Assembly (NCBI GenBank): GCA_965204535.1
Contig: OZ241996.1
Span: forward strand, 1,440,001-1,504,000
DNA: 64,000 nucleotides
Reading direction: 5' to 3'
Origin: a bacterium
GTDB taxonomy: Bacteria; UBA8248
The notes under the pieces were generated by a model, which was not told where the DNA came from, ran no database searches, and saw only the letters and a program-made list of their open reading frames with translations. The position numbers were made by a program, and so were the translations under genes. This document shows positions 1 through 10,301 of the stretch, piece after piece (the stretch's first letter is position 1; every line of letters begins with the position of its first letter).

Positions 1-2081
1 CGACGCATCGAATAGATAACCTCGCGTTGCTTATTCATCACGTCATCATATTCGAGAAGATGTTTTCTCATTTCGAAGTGATGCGCCTCGACACGTTTCT
101 GAGCGTTCTCGATGGCACGCGTCACCATCCTTGCTTCTATGGGCACTCCTTCCTCCATGCCCAACTTTTCCATCAAGCCCTTGATTCTGTCGGAACCGAA
201 AATACGCAACAAATCATCTTCGAGGGAAAGGAAAAATCGCGAACTCCCTGGGTCTCCTTGCCTGCCCGATCGGCCACGGAGTTGGTTGTCAATGCGACGG
301 CTTTCATGCCGTTCGGTTCCCAGCACATGAAGGCCTCCCAACTTAACAACTTCATCATGCTCCGCTTGGCACAACTCTCGGAAATCCTTCAAAGCATGTT
401 CATACTCAGGACCTTCATTCGTATTCGTTTTGGCAGAGGCGAGAAACTCAGGATTCCCGCCAAGAAGTATATCCGTTCCACGGCCCGCCATATTGGTGGA
501 TATCGTAACAGCTCCCTTGCGGCCTGCCTGTGCGATAATCTCCGCTTCCTTACTATGGTTTTTTGCGTTGAGAACATGATGTGGAATACGTCTTCTTTTA
601 AGAATCGAGGCGAGTCTTTCGCTTTTTTCTATATTGATTGTACCTACTAATACCGGTTGCCCTCTCTTGTGGCATTCAAGTATCTCATCCACTACGGCAT
701 CTATCTTTTCTCGCTCTGAGCGATAGACCACATCAGGATATTCAGTTCGAATCAATTCACGATTCGTCGGCACAACAGCCACATCTATTTTGTAAGTAGA
801 ATTGAATTCCGCCGCTTCGGTATCCGCTGTCCCGGTCATGCCAGCCAGTTTGTTGTAAAGGCGGAAATAATTTTGAAATGTGATTGTCGCCAAAGTCACA
901 TTTTCTTCCTGAATCTTGACGCCCTCTTTCGCCTCTAGTGCCTGGTGGAGGCCATCACTAAAGCGTCGGCCTGGCATCATACGCCCCGTGAATTCATCGA
1001 CTATGACAACCTCGTTGTCCTTCACAACATAATCGATATCTTTGGTGAACAGCACATGCGCCTTTAAGGCCTGCTCCACATGATGCAGCACCGTAATGCT
1101 GTTCATATCATACAAACTTTGGTCATTTGCCATGATGCCGGAGCGGCGAAGAAGTTTTTCGGCTTCATGCCCGCCTGCTTCTTTTAGGTTTACCGTCCGG
1201 CTTTTTTCATCGACAATCAGATATTCGTATTTTTTCTTACTAATGACATCTTTGCCGCCCTCGACATATCCATCGTCTTCTTCCTCGCTGTCTTTCTCAA
1301 CAACGCCTTGTTGCTCTTTGAGCAGGGGACGTATGACGCGGTTTATAACACCATAAAGCCGCGTGGCTTCATCCGCCGGCCCACTGATGATGAGAGGAGT
1401 CCTGGCTTCATCGATCAATATGCTGTCGACTTCATCTACGATGGCGTAATTTAATTCGCGCATGACACGACTGCCGGGCTCGAATTTCATGTTGTCTCTC
1501 AAATAATCGAACCCGAACTCGTTATTCGTGCCATATGTGATGTCGCAGGCATATGCACGTCGCCGCGCATCATCATCCATGCCATGTTGAATACACCCGA
1601 CAGTAAGACCCAGCGCCCTGAAGAGACGGCCCATCCATTCAGAATCACGACTCGCAAGATAATCATTCACGGTAACGATGTGCACACCCTTGCCCTCTAA
1701 AGCATTCAAATAGGCCGCAAGAGTAGCGACGAGGGTTTTGCCTTCCCCGGTTTTCATCTCGGCAATTTTCCCGCCGTGCAGAATAGTGCCTCCGATGAGT
1801 TGAACGTCAAAATGACGCATTTGGAGATGACGCCAGCCCGCTTCTCGGACCAAAGCGAATGCTTCCGGCAAAATGTCATCCAATGTTTCATCGGTCGTGA
1901 GCCGCTCTTTGAAGCGCTTTGTCTCCTCGCGCATCTGTGCATCGGTCATCTCTTTCACGCGGGATTCATGAGAACTGATCTCCGCGACTACCGGGTGCAT
2001 CTTCTTGAGCAGACGGTCATTCGCCGTCCCGAAAACAGATTTGAACATCGATTTACTTGATTCAAGAACCGAGCCTATCAT
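1..2081 (-). CDS. secA: Preprotein translocase subunit SecA (C-terminal part runs off the window start)
   Basis: Manual minus-strand translation: [23 protein letters not shown]...[11 protein letters not shown]...VTVNDYLA...[15 protein letters not shown]...[22 protein letters not shown]...STRRGRID. Absent from the ORF track because no stop falls inside the window. Confidence 0.97.
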   Translation of the reverse strand, partial: MIGSVLESSKSMFKSVFGTANDRLLKKMHPVVAEISSHESRVKEMTDAQMREETKRFKERLTTDETLDDILPEAFALVREAGWRHLQMRHFDVQLIGGTILHGGKIAEMKTGEGKTLVATLAAYLNALEGKGVHIVTVNDYLASRDSEWMGRLFRALGLTVGCIQHGMDDDARRRAYACDITYGTNNEFGFDYLRDNMKFEPGSRVMRELNYAIVDEVDSILIDEARTPLIISGPADEATRLYGVINRVIRPLLKEQQGVVEKDSEEEDDGYVEGGKDVISKKKYEYLIVDEKSRTVNLKEAGGHEAEKLLRRSGIMANDQSLYDMNSITVLHHVEQALKAHVLFTKDIDYVVKDNEVVIVDEFTGRMMPGRRFSDGLHQALEAKEGVKIQEENVTLATITFQNYFRLYNKLAGMTGTADTEAAEFNSTYKIDVAVVPTNRELIRTEYPDVVYRSEREKIDAVVDEILECHKRGQPVLVGTINIEKSERLASILKRRRIPHHVLNAKNHSKEAEIIAQAGRKGAVTISTNMAGRGTDILLGGNPEFLASAKTNTNEGPEYEHALKDFRELCQAEHDEVVKLGGLHVLGTERHESRRIDNQLRGRSGRQGDPGSSRFFLSLEDDLLRIFGSDRIKGLMEKLGMEEGVPIEARMVTRAIENAQKRVEAHHFEMRKHLLEYDDVMNKQREVIYSMR

Positions 2082-2191
2082 TCATCACTCCGTGGGGTTC
2101 ATGCGTACGGGCACCTTTCGTGCAAACATAGACTATCATGGTGTCTTGGGGAGAAAAAGCGTGTGCATCAGGCGGGATGATGGCTATTTAT

Positions 2192-3097
2192 TTACTCTAC
2201 GATATATAATCTGGGGTTGACTGCGACTCCGTTTATCCTAACTTCATAGTGAAGATGTGGCCCGGTAGATCTTCCAGTGGAACCAACTTTGGCAATAATG
2301 TCACCTCTTTTTACACGTTGGCCGACTTTCACCAAATTCACGCTATTATGAGCAAATGTTGTAACAATACCCTGCATGTGCTGGATTCGAACAGTTTTCC
2401 CAAATCCCCCTATTCTTTTGGTGCTGATGACGACACCATCCGCCGGGGCGAATATGGGGGTTCCTACCCTTGCGACGACATCAATTCCAGCATGAAATTC
2501 TCGCCGATTCGTAAACGGGGAGCGCCTGTAACCGAAGCTAGACGAGAGCCAACCCTTAACAGGCCATATAGAGGGTGTGTGAGCAAGCAATACACTTTTG
2601 TCGCGGAACGCTCTCAATAAGTCATTGAACGCGCTTTCTTGCTCAGTAGCGCGCTTTTCGATGTCTTGGAATTGACGATTTAATCTCCGAATAAACCTTT
2701 GTTCAGACGGGGTGAGCTTCTCCAAGTCTTCGGGCAGCGCGTCTTTTGAGACACCTCCTACACCCAAGGCGTCTTTTTGTTTGCCCGGTTTCAGTGAGGC
2801 CATGATTCGAAGTTGGTCTTCAAGTTGCTTGAGTTGTATCAGGTTGTCGTCTAGGGATTGGAGCTTGACGTTGAATTTTTCGAGAAGCTCCTTTTGTGTT
2901 TGGTTTTGCTTTTCTAGAGGGGGGAGTTTAGCTAAATGCTTTGCTGTGTGAATTCTCTCTTGTACAAGGTAAAGTGCCGTTCCAACGAGAGAACAAAAAC
3001 CAAAGAGCAATAAGATTAGCATTCCCCTGGTGATACTAACGCGTCGGGTACTGCTGGAATTGCTCGGTATCACTATAATGGTGTACTTCTTACCCAT
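2192..3097 (-). CDS. M23 family metallopeptidase with N-terminal TM and coiled coil
   Basis: HAGID, FAHNS and STGRSTGPHLHYEV motifs; start placed at MGKKYTII after a GGAGG RBS. Confidence 0.92.
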   Translation of the reverse strand: MGKKYTIIVIPSNSSSTRRVSITRGMLILLLFGFCSLVGTALYLVQERIHTAKHLAKLPPLEKQNQTQKELLEKFNVKLQSLDDNLIQLKQLEDQLRIMASLKPGKQKDALGVGGVSKDALPEDLEKLTPSEQRFIRRLNRQFQDIEKRATEQESAFNDLLRAFRDKSVLLAHTPSIWPVKGWLSSSFGYRRSPFTNRREFHAGIDVVARVGTPIFAPADGVVISTKRIGGFGKTVRIQHMQGIVTTFAHNSVNLVKVGQRVKRGDIIAKVGSTGRSTGPHLHYEVRINGVAVNPRLYIVE

Positions 3098-3261
3098 GGG
3101 GTACACCTCCCAGGAACTTGCTAAAATGTTTATTGTGCAAATGGAAACAAGTGTTTCCCCAGTCACTCACTCGTAGTAGATAAAACAAATTATCAAGGCT
3201 GCGGAGACAAGTCAAACTAATATTTGGAACGATAAGCAGTTGTATTTACAGAAATCCCTAT

Positions 3262-4092
3262 TCAACGCATTACAGCTCCCGAGTCGACCAGAATAGCTTG
3301 ACCGGTAATAGTTTTCGCATCATCGCTCGCTAAAAAGGCGACCGCACGTCCAATATCTTCAGTCGATTGCTCAATTCCCATAGGTGTTTGTTCCACAAAA
3401 TAGTCGAAAACTTCTCTGGCAGTTTTTCCTTTGAAATTTGGGAATTTTTTTCTGAACTGAGTGGCCAACTGTTCCCACATTGCGCTCCAGATTAGACCTG
3501 GACAAACTGCGTTCACTGTAATGCCTGAGCGAGCTACTTCCCGCGCAAGTGCCTGGGTGAAAATAATTACCGCCGCTTTGCTCGCGCTGTAATGAGGTAT
3601 GGTTTCGCGGCCATCACGTCCGGCACGCGAGGAGATATTGATGATACGCCCCCAACCTTTCCCCTTCATCTTTTCAAGCGATGCTTGACACAGCAAAAAG
3701 ACACCTTTGACGTTGACGTTGTACGTGTCGTCCCAATCATCTTCATTGATGTCGGATAGAGGCATACCTAGCTTGAAATCCGCCCCGCCAATGACGCCTG
3801 CATTGTTAACCACTATATCCAAGCCGCCCATTTCTTTAGTGGTCGCATCTACGATTTCTACACATTGACTCTTATCTGTCACATCAAGAACATATGGAAT
3901 GATGTTGACGCCGAATTTTTCTATTTCTTCCGCTGCTGCCTCAGCACCGGATTTTGCGATGTCGGCCAATGCCAAATGGACACCCTCTTCTGCCAGGCAT
4001 CGAGCGATGCCGCGACCTATTCCACCTCCGGCGCCGGTGATGAGCGCCACCTTGCCTTTAAGACCGCGTTCTCTTGCCGCTGGGGAAGACAT
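3262..4092 (-). CDS. SDR family NAD(P)-dependent oxidoreductase
   Basis: TGAGGGIG, NNAG and YSASK motifs. Confidence 0.93.
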   Translation of the reverse strand: MSSPAARERGLKGKVALITGAGGGIGRGIARCLAEEGVHLALADIAKSGAEAAAEEIEKFGVNIIPYVLDVTDKSQCVEIVDATTKEMGGLDIVVNNAGVIGGADFKLGMPLSDINEDDWDDTYNVNVKGVFLLCQASLEKMKGKGWGRIINISSRAGRDGRETIPHYSASKAAVIIFTQALAREVARSGITVNAVCPGLIWSAMWEQLATQFRKKFPNFKGKTAREVFDYFVEQTPMGIEQSTEDIGRAVAFLASDDAKTITGQAILVDSGAVMR

Positions 4093-4095
4093 CGC

Positions 4096-4494
4096 TTATT
4101 TTCCATACCCTGTCATGGCCCCTCCTGCTTCTAACCAATCCTCAAATACCTGGAGGCTTTCTAAAACAGCGGGGACGCCGCTGTATGGCGACATCTGAAA
4201 AATCACCTCCATGATTTCTTTATCCGTTGCGCCGTAACTTCGCGCGGCCGTGAAATGGGAGCGCATCTGGTTGAATCGTCCCGTGACACATAAAGCAGCG
4301 AGTGCGCAAAACTCTCTGGTCTTGTGCGGAAGAACATCGCGATCGTACAGCCCCCCGTGAACGAATCGCTGGAACAACATGGAGAAATCAGGATCGAGTT
4401 TGTTCAGTCTGCCAAACAGTTTTTCCGTGTAACCTTCTCCGTATTGCGTATCCCCGCGCCGAATCGCCGGTGGATAAAATTCTTCGGTCATCAA
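4096..4494 (-). CDS. Carboxymuconolactone decarboxylase / AhpD-like protein
   Basis: LPHKTRE...H...A...GAT..EI.E...YSGVP pattern; 132 aa. Confidence 0.85.
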   Translation of the reverse strand: MMTEEFYPPAIRRGDTQYGEGYTEKLFGRLNKLDPDFSMLFQRFVHGGLYDRDVLPHKTREFCALAALCVTGRFNQMRSHFTAARSYGATDKEIMEVIFQMSPYSGVPAVLESLQVFEDWLEAGGAMTGYGK

Positions 4495-4526
4495 TCATTC
4501 TCCCCAGATGTAATGCTCAAAATCCG

Positions 4527-5459
4527 CTAGTCTGCTTTTATAATTTCGTTGCGCAAACGACCCAGCCCGCCGATTTCCACTTCCACCACATCACCCGGCG
4601 TTAGAAACGAGGGTGTTTCTCGAGCGTATCCCACACCCGAAGGCGTACCCGTCAAAAAGATATCGCCCGGCTCCAGGGTGAAACCTTCTGAAAGTACCGA
4701 GATCATCGACGGGATATCGTGGATCATCATGTTCGTGTTCGAATCCTGGCGTGCTTCGCCATTCACCCAGCTTTTAACGGTCTGGTTCATCGGGTCGCCA
4801 TAGTCCTCTTTGGGAACGATGTATGGGCCGAGCGGGCATGTGCCATCAAGGGTCTTGCCCTTGAAAATCTGCTTATGGCGCCTTTGAATATCTCTCGCGG
4901 AGATGTCGTTGGCGCAGCAATAGCCGAAGACGTGCTCATAAACTTCATCCTTGGGGATATTTTTTCCTTTTTTACCGATGATGACGGCGATTTCAGCTTC
5001 GTAATCGAGCTTTTCCGTCACCCGGTGCGCGGGTATGCCCTCATTGTGTCCGATGAGGGTGCTCTGGGCCTTGGTGAAGAATATGGGGTGGTCGAGCTCG
5101 ACCCTTGTCGTTTGCACATCCTTTGCTTGTAATCCCTCGTTTACATGGTCCTGGTAGTTGAGCCCCATGCAAAGAACATGCTTGGGCGGATGGGGAATCG
5201 GGGATATGTGGTGCACATCTTCGGGCGCCATGAGGACGGGAGCTAAATCTTTCTCGTTTTCCTCCGCCCGTGCGACCAACTCATGAAGCGCAGGTCCATG
5301 AGTTTCCCAAGAATTTATGAGTTCAATCATACTGCCGAATGCGAGTTCTTTCTTTCCCAGAATCCCGGCCAGACGCGACAGGTGAGCGATTTTCTCCCCC
5401 ACATACACGCCGACTCTTTCAAGCCCTCTGTAATTGTAAGACAACAGTTTCATTCGCAT
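4527..5459 (-). CDS. Fumarylacetoacetate hydrolase family protein
   Basis: GLNY..H, LDYEAE, NDISARD, GK..D, TGTPSGVG motifs. Confidence 0.93.
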   Translation of the reverse strand: MRMKLLSYNYRGLERVGVYVGEKIAHLSRLAGILGKKELAFGSMIELINSWETHGPALHELVARAEENEKDLAPVLMAPEDVHHISPIPHPPKHVLCMGLNYQDHVNEGLQAKDVQTTRVELDHPIFFTKAQSTLIGHNEGIPAHRVTEKLDYEAEIAVIIGKKGKNIPKDEVYEHVFGYCCANDISARDIQRRHKQIFKGKTLDGTCPLGPYIVPKEDYGDPMNQTVKSWVNGEARQDSNTNMMIHDIPSMISVLSEGFTLEPGDIFLTGTPSGVGYARETPSFLTPGDVVEVEIGGLGRLRNEIIKAD

Positions 5460-5485
5460 CTCCTAGTGAAAAGATTCTCGGATAT

Positions 5486-6574
5486 TCAGGAAACTTTGTA
5501 GCGTTCGATCGCATCCGGCGTAAATTCCACGCCGTGACCGGGCGCGTCGGGGACATTGATACACCCATCGCGCACCGTGAAATCTTGCGTGAAATCATCG
5601 GGAGAGAAAAATTCCATGTATTCGACCATATAGCCCCGGGGCGTTGCGCCCACGAGGCTGACCGACAATTCATGGGCCAGATGACTGCTCAGGGAAATGT
5701 TGAAGGCATCGGCCAGATGCGCAACTTTGATGAATTCCGTCACCCCGCCGCAGCGGCAAACATCGGGCTGCAAAAAGCCCACCGCGCGGCGCTCGCATAT
5801 CTCCCGGAATCCCCAGCGCATGTAGGCGTTCTCGCCCGCTGCCGTGGGCACCATGCTCTTCTCCGCCACCTCCGCGAGGTCATCGACGCAATCGGCCAGC
5901 ACGGGTTCTTCGAACCATGCAACGCCGTATTCCGCCAGCATTGCTGAAACTTCCACAGCCTCGCGCACGTTGTAGTTCTGGTTCGCATCGCAAAAGAGAA
6001 TGAAATCCTCTCCCATATTCTCCCGGAGGTATTCGAGGCGCTCTGCGTCACGCGGCGTGCCGATTTTGAGTTTGTAGCCGCTCATGCCGAGCGAGGCGGC
6101 CTCCTGGGCTTCTTCGAGCAGTTCCGAATCCGGGAGCGTATGCCAGCCCCCGCTGCCGTAGACCGGCATTTCCTGGCGAAATCCGCCCAAGAGGCGATTC
6201 AGGGGCAGGCCGGCGACTTTCGCCACGATGTCCCAGCAGGCGATGTCCACGGCGGAAAGCGAGTACAAGCCCAACCCGCCGCGCATCCTCGCCTTGTTCG
6301 GCGCCCACATGCGATTCCAAAGCGCCTCGGGGGCCAGTGCGTCCTGCCCTGTCACCAATGGAACCAATTCGTTTTGGATGTACGGCAGCATGGCGGCGCC
6401 GCCCTCACCTCCCAGACCCATCGTGAAACCCGTGCCGCTCGGCCCGCCTTCGGTATGCAGGTGCACCACGACGACGTCGAGATGCGTATAGGCGCCGAGC
6501 GAGCTCTGAAATGTTTTTTTGAGGGGTACCTTGAGGGGCATCGCCTCAAGTGAGCGTATGGCCAATTTTGTCAT
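5486..6574 (-). CDS. Mandelate racemase / muconate lactonizing enzyme family (enolase superfamily)
   Basis: KLK, DANQ, WFEEP, GEN and QPD motifs. Confidence 0.92.
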   Translation of the reverse strand: MTKLAIRSLEAMPLKVPLKKTFQSSLGAYTHLDVVVVHLHTEGGPSGTGFTMGLGGEGGAAMLPYIQNELVPLVTGQDALAPEALWNRMWAPNKARMRGGLGLYSLSAVDIACWDIVAKVAGLPLNRLLGGFRQEMPVYGSGGWHTLPDSELLEEAQEAASLGMSGYKLKIGTPRDAERLEYLRENMGEDFILFCDANQNYNVREAVEVSAMLAEYGVAWFEEPVLADCVDDLAEVAEKSMVPTAAGENAYMRWGFREICERRAVGFLQPDVCRCGGVTEFIKVAHLADAFNISLSSHLAHELSVSLVGATPRGYMVEYMEFFSPDDFTQDFTVRDGCINVPDAPGHGVEFTPDAIERYKVS

Positions 6575-6584
6575 TTCGTCTCCG

Positions 6585-7760
6585 CTATAAGAACTTCATC
6601 GAACGAATGCGCATCACTTGGTTCGTTCCGTCGGAATGCAGGAAACTGGTCACGTCTCTCATGTATTTCTCCATCGGCGCATCCGTCATGTAACCGGTGC
6701 CGCCCCATACCTCCAGTGCGCGCGTGGCGATCCGGTATGAGGATTCGGACACGAAACACTTGGTCATGAAACCCATCTTGGGGTCATAGAGGCCTTCCTG
6801 GCCCACCGTCCAGGCGGCGTAGTGGAGCAACCGCCTGCTCGCTTCGTATTCGGCGAAACAATCCGCCAGCATGAAGCCTATCGCCTGATGCTCGATGATC
6901 GGCCTGCCCCCCTGAATTCGGCTCCTCGCGTGCGCCAGGGCGTCTTCATAGGCCGCCCGGGCGGTTCCGAGAACGGTGGCGGCCGCTTCTATGTTCGAGC
7001 CGGGAAAGAACAGCCGGCGCGCCTCCATGGCGCGGTTCACTTCCGTGACGCGGTTTTCATCCGGTATCCGGCAATTCTCAAAGATGAGTTCCGCGTTCAG
7101 GGAGAGACGCTGCCCCATTTTGTCGTGAATCTTCCCGTAGCGAAAACCTTCCATGTCCGGCGTGATGAGGAAATACGTCATTCCCTGGGACACGCCTTTC
7201 GTCGGGTCCGTCCGCATGGCGACGATGCAGAGCTTAGCGATTCCGCCGTTGCTGATGTAGCGCTTCTTGCCGTTGGCTATCCAGCCATCCCCCTCGCGCA
7301 CGGCGGTCGTACGCACGCCGGCGTCGGGGCTGTCGTAGGGGACGATGTTGTCAGAACCCGCGGTTTCCTCCGTCATCCCGACGGCCATGTGGAAACGATG
7401 GTCTTCCAGAATAGATTTCAGATACCGCTCTTTCTGGTCGTCATTCGTCAGTTTGTCGAACAGGTGGGATATCTTCCAGGTCTGATCAAACGTGACGGCC
7501 GTGCCCATATCGCCCCAGGCGAGTTCCTCGCCCACGAGGCAAAGCGTGAGGTTATCGCAGCCCGCACCGCCCAACGCCTTGGGAAGCGCCAGGGTTCTCA
7601 GACCCAGCCTGCTCCCCTTTTCCAGCACCTCCCAGGGGAAACGCTTCATCGGGTCGGGTTCTCTGTCGAGCGCTGCCGCCACGGGGCGTATCTCCTGCGC
7701 GGCGAAGTCGTGCGCCCTCTTCTGGAGTTCAACCTGTTCGGGAGTGAGTGTGAAATCCAT
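6585..7760 (-). CDS. Acyl-CoA dehydrogenase family protein
   Basis: MTE..AGSD, NGKKRYISNG, KMGQR, R.Q.G.PI, GG.GY motifs. Confidence 0.93.
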   Translation of the reverse strand: MDFTLTPEQVELQKRAHDFAAQEIRPVAAALDREPDPMKRFPWEVLEKGSRLGLRTLALPKALGGAGCDNLTLCLVGEELAWGDMGTAVTFDQTWKISHLFDKLTNDDQKERYLKSILEDHRFHMAVGMTEETAGSDNIVPYDSPDAGVRTTAVREGDGWIANGKKRYISNGGIAKLCIVAMRTDPTKGVSQGMTYFLITPDMEGFRYGKIHDKMGQRLSLNAELIFENCRIPDENRVTEVNRAMEARRLFFPGSNIEAAATVLGTARAAYEDALAHARSRIQGGRPIIEHQAIGFMLADCFAEYEASRRLLHYAAWTVGQEGLYDPKMGFMTKCFVSESSYRIATRALEVWGGTGYMTDAPMEKYMRDVTSFLHSDGTNQVMRIRSMKFL

Positions 7761-8005
7761 ATATCATCCTCTGTCTGGTGAGCCGGGCCGTCCGCCATGC
7801 GCCGCCGCGCCCGCGCCAAATCGCCGTTCAAGGTAGTATGGTGCGCCTGATATTATCCCCTCGCTCCTGCGGGCGCAATCGGGAACCGGGCTTGAGATTC
7901 GCCGGGAAGAGCAAACCGGCGATGCGGGGAGTGGATGCCGCCGGGGGAGGAGTTTCGTTCGCGCAAATGCGGGCAATTGCGTGGTCTGAAAAACTTTTTT
8001 TAATT

Positions 8006-8128
8006 CGAGAAATTTCGATAAATACCTAATGCGTTACATTATATTATGGCCACTATCATCTGTTATAGTTGCCAATTTTGAGTTAGTTTTCACCTCGAAC
8101 TTTTTCAGGAATTTATCGATATTTCTCG
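8006..8128. repeat. 22-bp imperfect inverted repeat around an AT-rich 79-bp spacer
   Basis: cgagaaatttcgataaatacct (8006-8027) vs reverse complement of aggaatttatcgatatttctcg (8107-8128): 20/22 match. Confidence 0.7.
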
Positions 8129-8389
8129 TATTTTTCAGTATTGCAAAATCCGCGTCGCTCATTCTGATCTCAAGAGGTTTCATGCTTTCCGCTCTCCGTC
8201 CGAATCGCCGGCGTCCCGAAGATTTCCGCACCCCGCCTTCATGGAGGGGCGTCCCGAGATTAGCGCAGAGGCGGCAGAAAGAATCTACCGCAAATGCGGG
8301 GAAATGCGCGGTTCGCTCCGATTCGCGGGGTCAAATCCGACTGATGAGAGCTTGTTCTAAAAACCTCGTCGGAAGAACATCGCTTCCAA

Positions 8390-8607
8390 GGGCCGTTGAA
8401 AAAGTCCACATAGTCCCCTAGAAGCAGAGGGTTTGTAGGGACAGGCCCCTGTGCCTGTCCCTGTGAAGGGCAACCAGGGGGATGGGTATATCTCGATACG
8501 GGCGGCCACGGGGGGCCGCCCCTACGGGTGAATGCGATTTTAATCGTCATTCCGGGCGAGGAGGGGTTTTTCAACAACCCCTCGCAAGGCGGCTTTTTCA
8601 ACGGCCC
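8390..8607. mobile_element. MITE with 15-bp perfect TIRs enclosing a REP doublet (family 1)
   Basis: gggccgttgaaaaag (8390-8404) / ctttttcaacggccc (8593-8607). Inner GTAG REP gtagggacaggcccctgtgcctgtccc (8435-8461) and inverted REP gggcggccacggggggccgcccctac (8500-8525). Confidence 0.8.
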
Positions 8608-8627
8608 CTCCTCGCCCGGATTTACCC

Positions 8628-9344
8628 CTACTCGTGATAAATCGCCACGGCGCGCACGGGCGAACCCGTTCCCCCTCGAATCTTGAGCGGCAGGCAGGAG
8701 AAGATGAACTTCGTGTTCACCACCTCTTTCAGGTTGCCCAGGTTCTCCACGTTCAGCACCTTGCGCTCCCGGCAGACTTTGTGGGCCCAGTAGCCCTTGT
8801 CTCGGAAGGCCTGTGAGGAATCCACGCTCGGCGAATCGATGCCGACGTTGATGCAGCCCCTGTCCGCCAGCCAGTTCATCGCCGCCTCGGAGAGGCCCGG
8901 ATAGGTATACAGCCAGTCGTGGTAGTCGCCTCCGTAGTTCGCCTCGTAGTGGCCCGTCCAGATGAGGACTGTTCCCTTCTCGGGTACTTCCAGGTCCGCC
9001 CTGGCGCACGCTTCTTCCAGGTCGGCCGGCTCCATCCAGTCCTCGGTGTTGCAGAATTTCGACATATCGAGGCAAATCGCCTCGTTGTAGAACCACTCGA
9101 GGCCCAATTCGTCGATGGTCTCCCCGTCCTTGTCGATGTGGTAGAAGGCGTCCACGTGGCTGGGGCCGTGGTCGCTCATCACGAGGCAGTTCGAGGTCGA
9201 GGTGTGGCCCGAGGGCGAATTCGCATAGGCCTTCGCCGTCTCCTCGTGCGTCTTGTTGGGAAAGATGCCCGTCCGCTGGTGGCCGGGGTATACGGGCATG
9301 CCGTCAAAAATCTCCTGCGATAAATCCACGATGCGAATTGCCAT
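8628..9344 (-). CDS. Cyclase family metal-dependent hydrolase (kynurenine formamidase-like)
   Basis: IVDLSQ, HGPSHVDAFYH, GIDSPSVD, GGTGSPVRAVA; start set at MAIRIV. Confidence 0.9.
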   Translation of the reverse strand: MAIRIVDLSQEIFDGMPVYPGHQRTGIFPNKTHEETAKAYANSPSGHTSTSNCLVMSDHGPSHVDAFYHIDKDGETIDELGLEWFYNEAICLDMSKFCNTEDWMEPADLEEACARADLEVPEKGTVLIWTGHYEANYGGDYHDWLYTYPGLSEAAMNWLADRGCINVGIDSPSVDSSQAFRDKGYWAHKVCRERKVLNVENLGNLKEVVNTKFIFSCLPLKIRGGTGSPVRAVAIYHE

Positions 9345-9479
9345 GTCTTTGCTCTCCATTCGTGAACCGGGTGATGGGTCGAAAAAGGGAAATTTGCGCA
9401 ATCTTACCCAAAAATGTTCGATAAATCTCCCGACATAAGGTGAAAAATTTCCATTTTGAAACGGGGTTTGCCGAACTTC

Positions 9480-9506
9480 GCAGGGACAGGCCCCCGCGCC
9501 TGTCCT
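9480..9506. repeat. Single REP-like palindrome (family 1)
   Basis: gcagggacaggcccccgcgcctgtcct, similar to the 8435 and 28816 copies. Confidence 0.7.
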
Positions 9507-9669
9507 GGTTGCATCCATCTTGAAAAGGACAACCACGTCGGATTATTCCTACGGTTCGATAATCTTTCATCCGCAGGAATCTTGCTCGGACCTGAAAATT
9601 TTTATCAATTTGCCGGCGAATCCGGCTTTCTCAGGGAATGCCTCGAATATGCTCGGCGAGAATTGCAGT

Positions 9670-9924
9670 TTAATTGACAGAAATTGAGATGTTGGCGAAT
9701 TTCAATACAATTTGAATCACAATCAACACGAGAAACATTGCCGTTCCCCAGCCCATGGCCTTGCTGATCTTGTTTTCAACGGCGCGCAACCGTTCGTCTA
9801 TTTTATCGATCCTCTCATCAAGTCGAGTGAAGCCCTGCATAATCCAATTCGATTCATTCGGAGGTGGAGTTGTCGGCTGTCTGGGCCCGATATTTTCCGG
9901 GCTGACACTACCCTTACCTTCCAT
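9670..9924 (-). CDS. Small hypothetical protein, coiled coil plus C-terminal TM helix
   Basis: RLDERIDKIDERLRAVENKI heptads followed by a hydrophobic stretch; overlaps the upstream ORF. Confidence 0.7.
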   Translation of the reverse strand: MEGKGSVSPENIGPRQPTTPPPNESNWIMQGFTRLDERIDKIDERLRAVENKISKAMGWGTAMFLVLIVIQIVLKFANISISVN

Positions 9925-10195
9925 TGGCGCTCAACTTCACGCTAATCCACTCCCAAACTTCCGAGTTGTAGCGTCCCCAATAATTTGTTACAGGAATAAC
10001 GATTCCCGAAGTTGCAGGTTCTTCATCTCCGAGGCCAATTTTTGAAGCTAGCTGGCGGGTAGTTTCCCCCTCTGTAGCAACAAAAAAAGTATTGTCATCG
10101 TCATAATACCTGTCGCTATAGCGCTGTTCTAGTTTCCTTCTTACCAGCGCCGGGTCAGAGATGTTGAAGGCTACAAATACCTGCATCCTCGGCAT
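9914..10195 (-). CDS. Small hypothetical protein
   Basis: 93 aa, AAAGGAG RBS directly upstream, lower GC than flanks. Confidence 0.7.
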   Translation of the reverse strand: MPRMQVFVAFNISDPALVRRKLEQRYSDRYYDDDNTFFVATEGETTRQLASKIGLGDEEPATSGIVIPVTNYWGRYNSEVWEWISVKLSANGR

Positions 10196-10301
10196 CTCCT
10201 TTCGTGGTCTAACTTATTAGCAAAGGAAATATCCCATAAATTTATCTAATCGGTCAATATCACGCAGGCGGCAGGCGATACTGCGCAAAATTTTCACGAC
10301 T

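Noticed and set aside
8027-8054. Possible dif-like Xer site (agtggccataa-tataat-gtaacgcatta on the minus strand)
   Set aside because: Only one arm resembles a Xer box; the other does not match TTATGTTAAAT
8336-8373. CTGATGAG inside a tccgac...gtcgga hairpin, resembling a hammerhead ribozyme core
   Set aside because: No GAAA after a stem II and no three-stem junction could be built
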